DNA of 64,000 nt from Nageia nagi (lineage: Eukaryota; Plantae; Pinophyta), in the NCBI GenBank assembly GCA_050084985.1, contig JBITNC010000002.1, positions 30,008,001-30,072,000 of the forward strand, in the 5' to 3' direction. The notes beneath the pieces are model-generated. The model did not search any database, was not told the DNA's origin, and worked only from the letters and a program-made list of their open reading frames with translations. The position numbers and the translations under genes were made by a program. Within the stretch, counting starts at the first letter, position 1. Each line of letters opens with the position of its first letter. Positions 13,171 through 25,001 of the stretch are shown here, piece after piece.

Positions 13171-14211
13171 ATTGTGACAGTCAAATTATATTCAAGTTGT
13201 TAAAAAATCCATGAAGGTGTGCGAGGATGAAACATATTAAGGTTCAAAATCATTTCATTAGGTAACAATTGCACTACTCTATTGTCCAATTGAAAGACTA
13301 AACAACAAAAAATTTGAGAAAGGCATTAGAAGCAAATAATGCTTCAAATGTTTAGAGAAAGTATGAATTTACTTGAAGGCAGAATAGTTATTGAGGGGTA
13401 GTGTTAGAATATCGATAAATATTTTGTATTGAGACCCCTATATTGTATTAGGCATCAGTTTGTCTTACTAGCTCCTTTTTGGGTAAAACAATGTTTATTA
13501 GAAAGTAGAAAAAAATAAGTTAGGTAGCACCTTAACTAGTGGCAAACCCTGAGTTAAGGTGCTGGTTAGCAATTTCACACGAAAAGGTTGTTTAGGCCTT
13601 AAAAATGCAAATTATAGCCGGTTAATATTTTAGTAAGTCAAAGCAGTTAGAACGTTTTATAGTGTTTTCTTTGAATTAAAAAGGGAGTATTGGCATTCAC
13701 TATGTACAAGCTTATTTTATGATTTGTACAATGTATTTTTGTTTTAGAATGAATCAATGAAAATCATCTTAAGCAGTGTACTCGAAAACAATTTTTCTTT
13801 CTGAGCAATATTTCTTTCATAAACAATCCTTGCTCTTTACAGAAGGGATTCTAAGTGTAAATAGAAACTTGAAACAAAACAAAGACTTGTAGCTTGGCTG
13901 GAATTGAGGTCTTGGGATTCAAATCTTGGTTAGTCCATTTTGGGCTGCTTAGATTATTCGTATAGAGTGTGTAAAGAAACTTACTATACTGTATCTGGAA
14001 AACAAAAGCAAAAAACACAATTAATGAGAAATTAAAAAGAAAGAGTTTAGTGTTGCAAAGAGCTCAGCTCTGCTAGTTTCCATTCAAGTACTTATTTCTG
14101 TAACTATTTTGAATGGCTGGAGTGTATTTTTTGAAGGGTACTATTACTTTGAACTGAGCTTCAGTATATCAATATGTATATCCTTAATTTTTTTTTCAAT
14201 GGATTACACAG

Positions 14212-14261
14212 GTTGAGAGGCAGGTAGCTACTGGTGATTTCAAAGGAAATCTTCATATATG
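14212..14261 (+). CDS. WDR92: WDR92 exon 5 (VERQVATGDFKGNLHIW)
   Basis: tacacag acceptor, TG|gtagtg donor. Conserved ATGDF.GNLHIW motif. Confidence 0.92.
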
Positions 14262-14342
14262 GTAGTGGATATTATTTAATCAATGCTAGTTTTCCAGTTA
14301 CTAAAATACTTGATAAAGGTTGATATTTATGTTGCTGCTTTA

Positions 14343-15050
14343 TGTAATATCCCTGAATTTAAATGTTCAAACCCTAGCTGCAAATATTATAATTTTCTTG
14401 AATAAAATATTGAACCATGCAGATAAAAAATTAGATCTGAAATTTCTGCTGAAATTGAACACAACAAACCCCAAAGTGGTAGATCCGGCCACACAAATTT
14501 ATTAAAAATATAATGAAAGTGCCAAATTATAGATCTGCCCAATAACAAACCAAATTCAGCCTTCGAAGTGTTCGAAAGTGGAGCCCTAAGGTGGACTTCC
14601 TTGAGGAGCAAGACAACTCTGAAATATGCCAAACAAGACCTCCAAATTAGACGTTCCACTATCTAGGCTGCAATAACATAAATCTGAAGCACATTGGGGA
14701 TCAACCCCTCCAAACTATAGCAAGGATCAGCCTTGTCTACAAACTAGATTGAAGATGGAGCAAGAGTTCATCCCTCGAGTCTCTCTCTCCACAATTACAA
14801 AATCACAATATCCATAGTGAAAACCTCATTGACATTTACTTAAGCCTATATACTTAGTCACCTACTAAAAGCTTCTAATTCTTCATTAAGTGGGGACCAC
14901 ATTATTATATTCTTATAATATTTTATTTTTAACACTTAAGATGTTTCTAATGTAAAGCAAAAGGGGACATTCCACTTCTCTTAGTCTAATTTTACATCAC
15001 ATAACATAAAGATGAGTGGGGTCCACAAGACACAAAATGAGGACATTACA
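14343..15050 (-). repeat. 3' LTR of the PDS5/ATG2-carrying element
   Basis: TGTAAT...ATTACA ends. About 89% identical to 20819-21523 over the first 200 bp or so (hand count). Confidence 0.9.
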
Positions 15051-15149
15051 AGTCCGCCCTTCCCAAGGATTGCTTGTCCTCAAGCAATGCCAAATCATAT
15101 TATTCCAAGGTCCCATAACAGCCTCAGAAAAAACCCACCATGCTAACAC

Positions 15150-17450
15150 TGTGCCACTCTGATTACAACAGAGCTACCAGCATGCCAAAACTGCACAAGT
15201 CTCATTTGCAACACCGTGATGAAATCTCCCTCAAGTATGGAGCTGAAATACTTGATATGGCTGCTGCAAAAGTTATCATCAGCAAGTGGGAAACAAATTT
15301 TATGGCTGTATTTGCTTCCTAAATGACCTTGAGCACTTGCTTGCGGTGGAAAATTACTTGAACAAATGCAAAAACCAGACTAGATCGTATCTGATTTTAT
15401 TTGAATCAGGTCTGTTTTTTCCTTAACAGCTGCTATTTTTGGCATTGTTGCACTTATGCCAACCATATGCATAAACATGACTCTACACAACATTATGTTA
15501 CAATCTCCCATACTCAGATGGGCTGAACTAAAAAATGATAGGCAACAATTATTCGAAATTCTTTCATCCTTGAGCAACCTCTCACAATGACATTTCTTTG
15601 CATTTCCACAATCAGATAGATCCAAACAAAGCAAACTCTCTGCCAATAGACGGCAAGTGCTGTTGCTGCCTTCCTTGGGGAAACTGGGAATAAACCTTGA
15701 AGAAGATACAAAAACAGTACCATACCGTCTATACTTCCTTTGGGAACAGCATCCCTTCCTGCAGAAAATTGGCAACCTGTTGTTTTTATGTGAAATTTTG
15801 TTCAATACACTACATTGATTTTCAACAACTTGCATCAAATGCCAGATTCTTTTTGCCATGTAAAAATCAACCCACAAACTAGACGGCTGAAACTGTATAG
15901 CAAAGTTAGTGAAACTTTTGGAATCGGTAGACCTGGGAGGAGCAAATTGGTAAATTAAAGACAGCTGATGATCAGAATCAGACAGACAAACTAACAATGG
16001 AACCTTAACAAACTTCTTTGAAGAGCTACATATGCTTTCTTCAGTCTTCATTTTAGATATATCATTCACTGTATCAGGAATATGAAGAGATAGTGGGAAT
16101 GAGGGCAACACATCTTCAACTGCAGATTGTGAACAACTTACAGAAGACCTTTTTTTCTGAGCATGCTCTTCATAATTTGACAAATCTGAACTTGTCACCT
16201 TTTCACTATCATCAAGAAGGCATTCAAAGATTTCAATGCATTTCATGCCTGATTTGAACCTCACCTCTTCAGATGGAACTTGAGTATTAAGACTCACATC
16301 TTGGAAGTTGGCTTCCAAAAAAGCATTTCCTGTATCCCAGGACCTAAGATCCTGCTGCATGTGTTCGCCCTTGGAATTACGCAAAAGATGATAAATCAGC
16401 AACATTGTTGGGAATGAGACTAACATTGAAGTTATCTAATCCTTTGGTAGTCCCATACTTGATTGATGAGCTACAGTTTGAATCAACTAGATAACTATGA
16501 TTTAGATCTTCAAATGCAAATATTACACAGAAACTACCTAATCTCGTCTTTATTGGGCTCCGGAATTTGAAAGTGCGGATCCATTACAAAGAGTCAAACT
16601 AGCAGTTAAAGCGCTGAAAACTGAATAAGTCAAACCCAACAAGCTTCCATTAACAAGACTCTTTTGAAGGCTCCTTGCACCATTGAAACACTCAGCATCC
16701 AGTTAGATATGAACGCTAAATCTGAAATTAAAGTAGAATTTTCTGTTTCTTTTGTCACTGATGCAGGGATGTTTGAAAATGTCTCTATCCCCTCATTAAT
16801 CACTGGTTCTTTTTGAAAGGCATAACTGTCATCCTCATCATGTCCCAAACACTCAATCTGCCCTAGAGGTTTCCTGTCAATATCACACACATCATAGAGT
16901 CCAACCTTTGCACCATGAAACCTTATAAGTCTTAAATCTGTTTCATCATTTGGATATATATGTGTATTTTTACAAGAATCACTAGACCCCAGCGCTATAC
17001 ATTCTAATTCTGACACTCCAAGAACCAAAATGGTTTGAGATTGACTGTTGCTTCCAAATCTTACTTTCATTCCACAGTTCTTTGTGCATGGCTCAAATGC
17101 AATAAAAAATTTAACATAGACACCAAGTAGAAGGCTTTCCACCTGGTTTGTAATCATCTGAGCTCCATCACGGATACCTGGATAAGTGAAGACTCCTTTG
17201 TCATGGGTCCTAGAGCACTCTAAATAATGTTTACTGGGTTGCAAAGATTTTCTGGAATCTACTTCCGCAGTAGAACATGCTTCATTGCATCCTGAGGTCT
17301 TACCCTTAGATTGTGGAGCAAAGACAAGCTCAAGTTTATCCAACTCAATATGGCATTTGTCTAAACCTTGTTTCCAGGGCAAATTGATCACCAAACTGCT
17401 AATAGATCCCTCTTTGGCATAAAATGTCACTGCACCTGACTGATCTTAAG
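15150..17450 (-). pseudogene. ATG2: Intronless ATG2 (autophagy-related 2) N-terminal fragment with internal deletions, carried by the LTR element
   Basis: KEGSISSLVINLPWK...CHIELDKLELVFAP matches the plant ATG2 Chorein-N motif (KEGSIGSLLVKMPWK..CQVEVDELELVLAP). Also FIAFEP, TILVLGVSELEC, YSVFSALTA, VLPSFP, FVKVPLL and SLWVDF. Frameshifted into 266-aa and 348-aa ORFs. Confidence 0.85.
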
Positions 17451-17945
17451 CGTCTATCCAACAGTTACCTCTTCCAATGGAATGCTTTTTTCATATGCTT
17501 CTATAATTTGGACGAGTCCTTGAACTGTGATTTCATCTTTCATGTCAACAGGACTGGTATAGAAGATATATCTCTTTTGCAGCCCAAATGGAATATCTTC
17601 AAAGATAACTGCAAGTTTTTCTTGAAGAACTTTCAATCGTTCCCAGCCAAGTGTTTCATAAAGAGGAACATGGATAAGATTATGACCACAACAGGTCTCT
17701 ATTGCAATACATGCATGTCTAACAGCTCCTGCTTTCAAGACCTGATCATAAACCTTCCATGGGGGTGCACTAGGCTCCAACTCACCCAAATCAACTTTAT
17801 TATCAAATCCAGATGGTCTATCTAAATCAAAAATTGGATTGTCAAAAAACAAATTGGCATTCATCTCAAACAAGGGGTTATCCACAAGATAACATGAATC
17901 ATAGTAGTCCAAGGGAAGTTAATCATATTCAAGTGCTAATACATC

Positions 17946-18952
17946 TGTAAGAAACCCAACTAAGAAAAACCAAAATTTATGCTAAAAATAATCAGATCTG
18001 CTCATATCAACAATACCCAAAACTCCAAAAACCCTAGATAGTTTAGATCTAAAATTTTAACAGGAAATTAATGTAGAAAACTATAGAAATTTGTAGATCA
18101 ATTCCAAAACTAACAAACCCTTAATTGCAAATAGAAATGGAGATCCAATACCACAATCAACTTTATTGATGAGTAATTGTCAAGTGCAACATAGATCAGA
18201 ATAATTGCACCTGGAATACTTCTCAAAACACCCCAAAAATACAAAGTGTCTCAATTTAGAGACTGGACGTTCCTTTTAAGAAGACACAGATCTGAAATGG
18301 GAGTCAGAATTAAGGAGCCTTGATCTGAACATAGAATATTGGAAAAGAAACTCAAAACTCTCCAAACTGGAAATCTGAATGCAAAACATTGAAAGTCTTC
18401 AAACTAGAGTTTTCAAACCCTTAAACCAAAATCTGAAATGCTCCAAGTTTGAAAGCTAACAATCTCAATAAGCTCCAATGCAAACCTGGGGTGGATTTGC
18501 TTCAAAAAAATTGAAGGCTGCTTATCCTTAAGCTTACCACCTAGAGGCTGGCCTTCCTCTAAGGTGCCCTCTCTTGTAGCTGGCCTTTTGCAAGAGGAAG
18601 AGAAGATTGCTGTTGGAACAATACTCTCCAAGAGAAATAAGAACCGAATAATCATAAGCACACTACCAAAAATGATTTTTTTTCTCCCATATGGATGTGT
18701 GTTAGGGTTACAATCATCTCTTTTAATCCAACGCTTCATATTGGAGGATTAATCTCCTCCCTTGGATCCTCACTTGAATGGTCCACAATGACTTAAAAGG
18801 TTATTTAAGCACATGCTAAATTCTAAAACCTTATTGACTTTATTTCTAACATCTTATTCATTTTATTAAAATAAAACATAACACACTTTCTAAACACAAT
18901 AAAACACACTGAAATAATATTTACAAAATTGAATTAAAATGGGGACATTACA
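17946..18952 (-). mobile_element. Solo LTR nested in the chimeric ORF
   Basis: TGTAA...ATTACA ends with perfect 5-bp TSD acatc (17941-17945 and 18953-18957). Confidence 0.9.
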
Positions 18953-19479
18953 ACATCACTCTCCAAATCATCCATACTGAAATTGTCATGCATATTCTTC
19001 TTTCCAGGTTTGGTTTGGGATTCTAGACCAAATTTTTTCAACTTAGGCAATGTTTGTACTTCCTTATCCTCATAAATGAGAGATCTATGACAAGTTAATG
19101 TACTATTATCATAAAAATCAGAATTATCTTCATACCTTTCAGCAGTGACATCTTGGTTGTTCCAAGTCTGAAATGCTTTTTATCCAAAGCTCGTCCCATC
19201 TTCAATGCTAAACTTTTGATCAACTTCGTGTAATTCTGATTTGTCTTCAACATTTTTTGTTTTGAATTTTTTTTTCTTCCATAGTAGGCAAACTTCATAA
19301 TTTTCTATAAAAATCTTCTCTATCTCTGCAAGCTCCTCTTTTTGATGTATTGTTTCAGTTCCTTGTTCATCTTCTAAAGTTGATTCATCAACATAGTCAT
19401 CATAATCAAAAGAAGAATCAGCATCTTCTTTCCTGTTCTTCTCATTGTTCAAGAAAGGTCTCAGCTTCTTTAACACTGT

Positions 19480-20115
19480 TTAACAACATTGTTTATCAAT
19501 TTTTGTGCAACAGTACCAGCGACCAAATTTCACCTCCAAACATCCAATATCATAAATAAAAGTGGCTGGTAAATATGATTACTTTCATGTATGATCAAAA
19601 TCATAATATTTCTCATAGTTGCAATAACATTATTAGCATGTTCTTTCCTAGCTAAAGCAATGAAATGATAAAACATTTCATAGATCAACTCATCCATTTC
19701 CAAATCTAATAAGATATTTCGCATTCCAATTTTTGCAAATGACTCTAGTATGGAAACCTTCCTTAAAAATGAGCACTTTTGAGGTTCCGAAATTTTCAAA
19801 ACTATCAATCAATAGTTGAAATATTGCTCTCAATGTGTTGTGATCATAAGGAGTTTCAGGTGCAGAAATTTTCAAGATCCCATTTAAACAAGAAGTAACT
19901 AAGATTCTTACCTCCTTATCTTTGTGATTCAACCATTCATGTTTGCCCAAGGACTTTATTATCGTAATCATAGCTGCTTGTAACATACAAAAATGTGATT
20001 CATCCACCATATGCAAACAATCTTCTACTTTCGCCAAGTTGTAGAGAAAAACATCTTTTGGTTGAAATAGAAATCCAAGTTTTCCTTGAGCACAAGTAAG
20101 CTTTTCTACTAATGC
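19480..20115 (-). pseudogene. PDS5: Intronless PDS5 (cohesin regulator, HEAT-repeat N-terminus) fragment carried by the LTR element
   Basis: WLNHKDKEVRILVTSCL..ILKISAPETPYD..LRAIFQLLIDSFENF / KVSILESFAK...LLDLEMDELIYEMF.HF...MRNIMILIIHES matches plant PDS5 (LLKHSD.DVKV.VASC.SEI.RITAPEAPYDD..MK..F / ILET.AKVRSC.VMLDLECD.L..EMF.HF). At least one frameshift. Confidence 0.88.
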
Positions 20116-20150
20116 TTATGCCCAATAATGTCATGATCTACAACTAAAAA

Positions 20151-20510
20151 TTTAATCTTCAAAAGCCTATATCTCACTTCAGTAAAATCAAATCACAAAC
20201 CCTAGGTAGCAAATCACCACAAATTTAAATGCATAAAAACTTCAATCAACCCTAAATGGTAGATCACAATGATTCATTTCAATAAAGTTTAGATTTGTAA
20301 TTTATTCAAAAAATGAGTAAAAAATCATAGAAATTGTTAGATCTCACATTAGAAATTTAATCTTCAAAAGCCTTAGAGCTCACTTTAATACAATCAAATC
20401 ACATACCCTAGGTAGCAAATCACAACAAAATCTAAATGCTCAGAAACTCCAATCAACCCTAATGGTAGATTACAATGATTCATGCCAATAAAGTTCAGAT
20501 TTGCAGTTTA
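20151..20510. repeat. Tandem duplication (period about 205 bp) in the element's 5' leader
   Basis: tttaatcttcaaaagcct...aataaagtt.agatttg occurs at about 20151 and about 20356. Confidence 0.8.
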
Positions 20511-20818
20511 TAGATCAAAAATTTTATAAAATTATTTTGAAGGTGGCAATACATAGATCAACCTTCAAAATACATAAATCAACTTTCAAATTTGCCAAAT
20601 AAAATTCCCAAAGATGAACTATTCAAGATTGCTGAATTCTCCACACAAAACCTACAAATCCAATAGATCTAGTTACAATATCTTCAGATTCAATAAATCT
20701 ATTCACAATATTTTTAGATCTAATAGATCTATTTGTAAACTTTAGACTTGGTTTCAATTTCAGCAATTTTGATCTCAACTCATCCAATAGATTGATAGGA
20801 AACCAACTCTGATACCAT

Positions 20819-21523
20819 TGTAATATTTTTGAATTTAAATTTTCAAACCTTAGCTACAAATATTATAATTTTCTTCAATAAAATTCTAAACCATGCAAAT
20901 ATAAAATTAGATCTGAAATTTCTGTAGAAAATGAACACAACAAACTCCAAAGTGGTAGATTCGACAACACAAATTTATTAAAAATATAATGGAAGTGCCA
21001 AATGATAGATCTACCCAATAAAAAACCAAATTGAGCCTTCATAGTGCTCAAAAGGAAAGCCCTAAGTTGGATGTCCCTGTTGAAGAGCAAGGAACTTTGA
21101 AATATGCCAAACAAGACCTCCAAACTGGACATTCCATTATTTAGACTACAATAACATAAATATGAAGCACATTGGGGATCAACCCCTCCAATCTGTAGCA
21201 AGGATCAACCTTGTCTACAATCTGGATTGAAGATGGAGCAAGGGTTGAGCCCTCTACTCTCTCTCTCCACAATTGCAAGATCACAATATCCATAGTGAAA
21301 CCCTAAAAGACACTCACTTAAGCCTAGCCTATATGCTTAGTCACCTACTGAAAGCTTCTAATTCTTTATTAAGTGGGGACCACATATAATATTTTATTTT
21401 TAACACTTAAGACACTCCTAATGTAAAGCAAAAAGGGACGCCCCACTTCTCGTAGTCTAATTTTACATTATATAACATAAAGATGAGTGGGGTTCACAAG
21501 ACACACAAAATGAGGACATTAAA
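20819..21523 (-). repeat. 5' LTR of the PDS5/ATG2-carrying element
   Basis: Direct repeat of 14343-15050, adjacent to the iMet PBS. Terminal attaca is mutated to attaaa. Confidence 0.9.
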
Positions 21524-21798
21524 TTTTATGTAAGAATTATATATTCTGTTAATAGTTTACGAGGACGCTTTGGTTTTTTGTCTACCGTAGAAAATTATTG
21601 CACATCCACCATAGTTAAAATTTATCTAGTTGTGTATGTGCTGGGCACTTAGAAATCTTGTTGCATGACTTTATCTAATTGGTTAAGTATGAATTTTGTA
21701 TCAAACATAAGTTTTGTATAGTGTAAATAATATTCTTATAGAGCTCTTTTTAAAATTTCTATGGAACCATGATTGATCTTATTTTCATTTCTGTACAG

Positions 21799-21839
21799 GG
21801 ACTTGGAAAAGTTAGGTACTCCTGTTTTTCATGCAAAAG
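21799..21839 (+). CDS. WDR92: WDR92 exon 6 (DLEKLGTPVFHAK)
   Basis: ctgtacag acceptor, G|gtgcac donor. Phases 2/1 fit the neighbouring exons. Aligns to NLEAPEMPVYSVK. Confidence 0.88.
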
Positions 21840-22740
21840 GTGCACTATATGCTCTCCTTTTTCCGAGTTATTCCTTTTTGAGCTGAAGTATGGATTTTAT
21901 TTCATTGATACATTTGAGTGTATGGATATTGAGTAGTGAATAAGTAAAAGATTATATTTTCAAAGCTGAAAATTTATTAAATACTAAATAGTTAACATCT
22001 GTGACTTGGACTGATGAATTGGAAAACTGTCCAGTAGTATGAAATTTTAATGATCTGATCTTTTATTTCATTGATACACTCAGGTGTATACATATTGATC
22101 ATTCACGGACATTTGTAACTTTGTCAAGTCATAATGCATCTTATGAAGAATTTTGACATATTTATGAGTGGATGTTTTAGGTCTGACATATGCATTGACT
22201 ATTTGATGCAGTTGCAGATGAATTAATTTTTGCTATCAGGCTCTAACTGAGATTCATGTAAAATATATTTAAAATTCCATTAGGACCTCGTATTATTCAC
22301 GAATATACAATCTTTACATGCTTATGAATTTGTGCCAAAAATTTATGCTTGCGACAGCATCAAGCTCCACGAAGATATTACACTATTCATGAAGTACAAT
22401 TTCTATGTGTTTTATTCTTACTTTTGTATCTAGTGAATTATGATTGCTAGATACCTGTCTGTATGTGCAAGCTTTGTTGTAAACTTCTACCTAACTTCAT
22501 ACATGGTCTTGAAGTATTTACAAAAAATGATTTTACTAAACAATAATTAAGAAGCATTGTTTTTTCAATTCCTTGTCTTTCCCTACTTATAATCTTAATT
22601 CTTATCTCAGCAAGGGGATTATGTTCCGCATTTAAACATAGATTGCCATCTTTTTGTACATAATAAATCCCAGCTTTTGAGTTATAAACATGATATCATC
22701 AACTGCTAAGCATAACTAATAGATATTTATGGGTTGGCAG

Positions 22741-22830
22741 CTCATGAAATGATAATAAATGCTATTGATGGTTGTGGTGGCCTTGGAATTGGTTATGGTG
22801 CTCCTGAAATTGTCACGGGTGGAAGGGATG
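22741..22830 (+). CDS. WDR92: WDR92 exon 7 ([31 protein letters not shown])
   Basis: Diagnostic WDR92 motif [24 protein letters not shown]. ttggcag acceptor, G|gtaagt donor. Confidence 0.95.
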
Positions 22831-22836
22831 GTAAGT

Positions 22837-23208
22837 TTGTGCTATGTGCAATAGATAGGTGTTGATTTGTGGTAGCATCAATTGTAAATAATAAAAATCA
22901 ACAGTTGATATTGTTCCTTTAATTCATCATCATTTCATTTAGCTTTTTTAGATTTGAGCTTTTGGTTTGTGCTATGTGCAATAGATAGGTGTTTATTTGT
23001 GGTAGCATCAATTGTAAATAATAAAAATCAACAGTTGACATTGTTCCTTTAATTCATCATCATTTCATTTAGCTTTTTGGTTTGTGCTATGTGCAATAGA
23101 TAGGTGTTGATTTGTGGTAGCATCAATTGTAAATAATAAAAATCAACAGTTGACATTGGTCCTTTAATTCATCATCATTTCATTTAGCTTTTTTAGATTT
23201 GAGCTTTT
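22837..23208. repeat. Three near-identical tandem copies of a 115-130 bp unit at the start of intron 7
   Basis: tttgtgctatgtgcaatagataggtg... starts at about 22837, 22967 and 23081. Confidence 0.92.
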
Positions 23209-23918
23209 TGAGGCAGTACTCTCTTTTTAGGAGCAAATTTTGAAGTATTTTGCAATGCTTTTATAATTTTGAGATAATCAGTTCAAACAATAATTTATTC
23301 TGATTTTTACTGTCATTCGTGAATTTTTTTCCATCCTTAATGAGAATCAATATTGATGAGTCCCTCCAAATAGTTTGAAACTAGTTTGATGTTCCACATA
23401 TTGCATCCATAAATTTCTGCTCTAAAATTCTTTCTTGGATGTTGCAAAGAACTACTTGTTTTCTGAACAGGAACCTTAAACTCTTTCTCAAACATATGGA
23501 AAATTTGCCAGCAACTACTTTAAACATGGAGTGAAATTAACCACACATGCACAAATACATGGATTCCATGTATCAAGGAAAGAACAATTTCTTTTATCTA
23601 ACACGAGTGATGGTTTTCTTTGGTGTGATTGTTTTCCAAAGATTCAGAGGGGGGGGGGAGAGTGGGGGGGAGGGAGAGAGGATTTCCATTTATCAAGGAA
23701 ACGACCATACCTTGAATATAACATACATGAAATCCATGTATCAAGGAATGAACCATGTTTTGAATTGAACGAGTGATCGCTTGCTTGCTTTGATTATTTT
23801 TCAAAGATTCAGTTGGAGTGTATTGAGGACACAACCATGTCTTGAATCTAACATGAGTAATGGTTTGCTTTTCTTTGATTGTTTTTCAAAGATTCAGGCT
23901 TTTGTTTTTTAGCCAATA

Positions 23919-25001
23919 TGTAAGAACACTCTCCTTGTGCCTTTGCTCTATCCACTTTTAATTTCTTCATACTTTTATAGTTGTTGATCATACCTTGAAT
24001 GTTTTACAAAACAACTGCTCTTACTTTTATCAGAAGAAAGTTCTTTTACACATTCCATTGTTCTTTGCTTTAACATTCCATTCATTGTTAAAAGTTCTCA
24101 TTGTTTCTCACTTATGTTACATTTCCGTTTTTTTGCAAGAGTCCATCTCATATGAATATTTTATATTATTGATTAAGAAGGGAACAAGAGAAGTTATGTC
24201 ATATTATTTTATATTATATCAGCCAAGGGAACAGGAGAAGTTATTAAAGATGTCAAATGATTATGAAGAGTTGGAGTTTCTTAACTCAATGAGAACATTG
24301 AAGGATGAACATCAACAACTCATTGATATATTCACACAGGTAGTGTAAACTCATGGACTAAACCTTACAACTAATCCCCAAGGAAATGATGAACGTGGAG
24401 AAACCTTAGTTTCTATGGCAAATTAGAACACACCACCTAGATCAACCGTTGGTTCCAAATTACCAAGAGGTACCCTTTTGTAGAGGGATGCCATGCAACA
24501 AGAAGAAAAGGAAGGAGACCAACATACAAAGGGTTTAGATGTCCTATATGTAGAATATACAACTTAAAGTGTAAAGTATCTCGGAGATCTATCCAAATCC
24601 AAGGGACAAACTGAATAAAGAATTTGCCATGACCAATCTCATAGAGATCTGCAACATCGATTGAGGAAGTTCACTATCCCCTCATTCAATAGATTCAACA
24701 AAGCTTCAACCAAAGCATGGATTCACAAGCTAAACATTTGTTTCCTATTGAGTTCAATGTATGAGGGAAGATCTGAAGGATGCTTAACCAATGAAAACAA
24801 AAGTTGTGCAACAAACTAACACAATAAATAGTTTTCAAAATGAAGAATCAAAGCAAGAGGTTGAGTTATCTCATATTGACATGCAAGAGTCTCTAGAGTT
24901 GAAGGAACACAATGGACCTAAAAAATAGCAACATATGTATATATAATTGGGAAAGTACATGTTGACATTTTAGAGGTTGAAGCACCTCCAAATGAGGAAA
25001 C
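23919..25001 (+). mobile_element. Truncated Gypsy remnant (short LTR-like part plus decayed gag)
   Basis: TGTAAG start. Gag-like DLQHRLRKFTIPSFN...KAWIHKLNICF at about 24640-24750. Confidence 0.5.

Larger units (their letters stand above)
7880..13841 (+). mobile_element. Decayed Ty1/Copia LTR retrotransposon (gag-PR-IN-RT-RNase H order)
   Basis: gag-like DVWELVV (about 7940), protease WIVDLGAT (about 8705), integrase IVYSDICGP...KYAPWQNG (9490-9800), RT YVDDLVITG (about 11695), RNase H DRRSTT..F (about 12170). PPT ttgaggggta at 13391-13400, then a 3' LTR starting TGTTAG at 13402 (end approximate). Many stops and frameshifts. No matching 5' LTR recognised. Confidence 0.9.
14343..21523 (-). 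mobile_element. Complete non-autonomous Gypsy-derived LTR element carrying captured PDS5 and ATG2 coding fragments
   Basis: Paired LTRs of about 705 bp at 14343-15050 and 20819-21523. PBS TGGTATCAGAGTT (tRNA-iMet) at 20805-20817. PPT TGGGAAGGGCGGAC next to 15051. TSD cttta/tttta. No gag, RT or integrase motifs inside. Confidence 0.9.

Noticed and set aside
15150-20115. ATG2 and PDS5 as genuine nested host genes
   Set aside because: They are partial, intronless, frameshifted and enclosed between two LTRs with PBS and PPT, so they are captured cargo.
20875-21201. Similar short ORFs at 20875-21201 and 14387-14659 as a duplicated gene
   Set aside because: They are incidental frames in the two LTR copies. 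The same applies to the 45368-45649 and 45998-46210 ORFs in the MULE TIRs.
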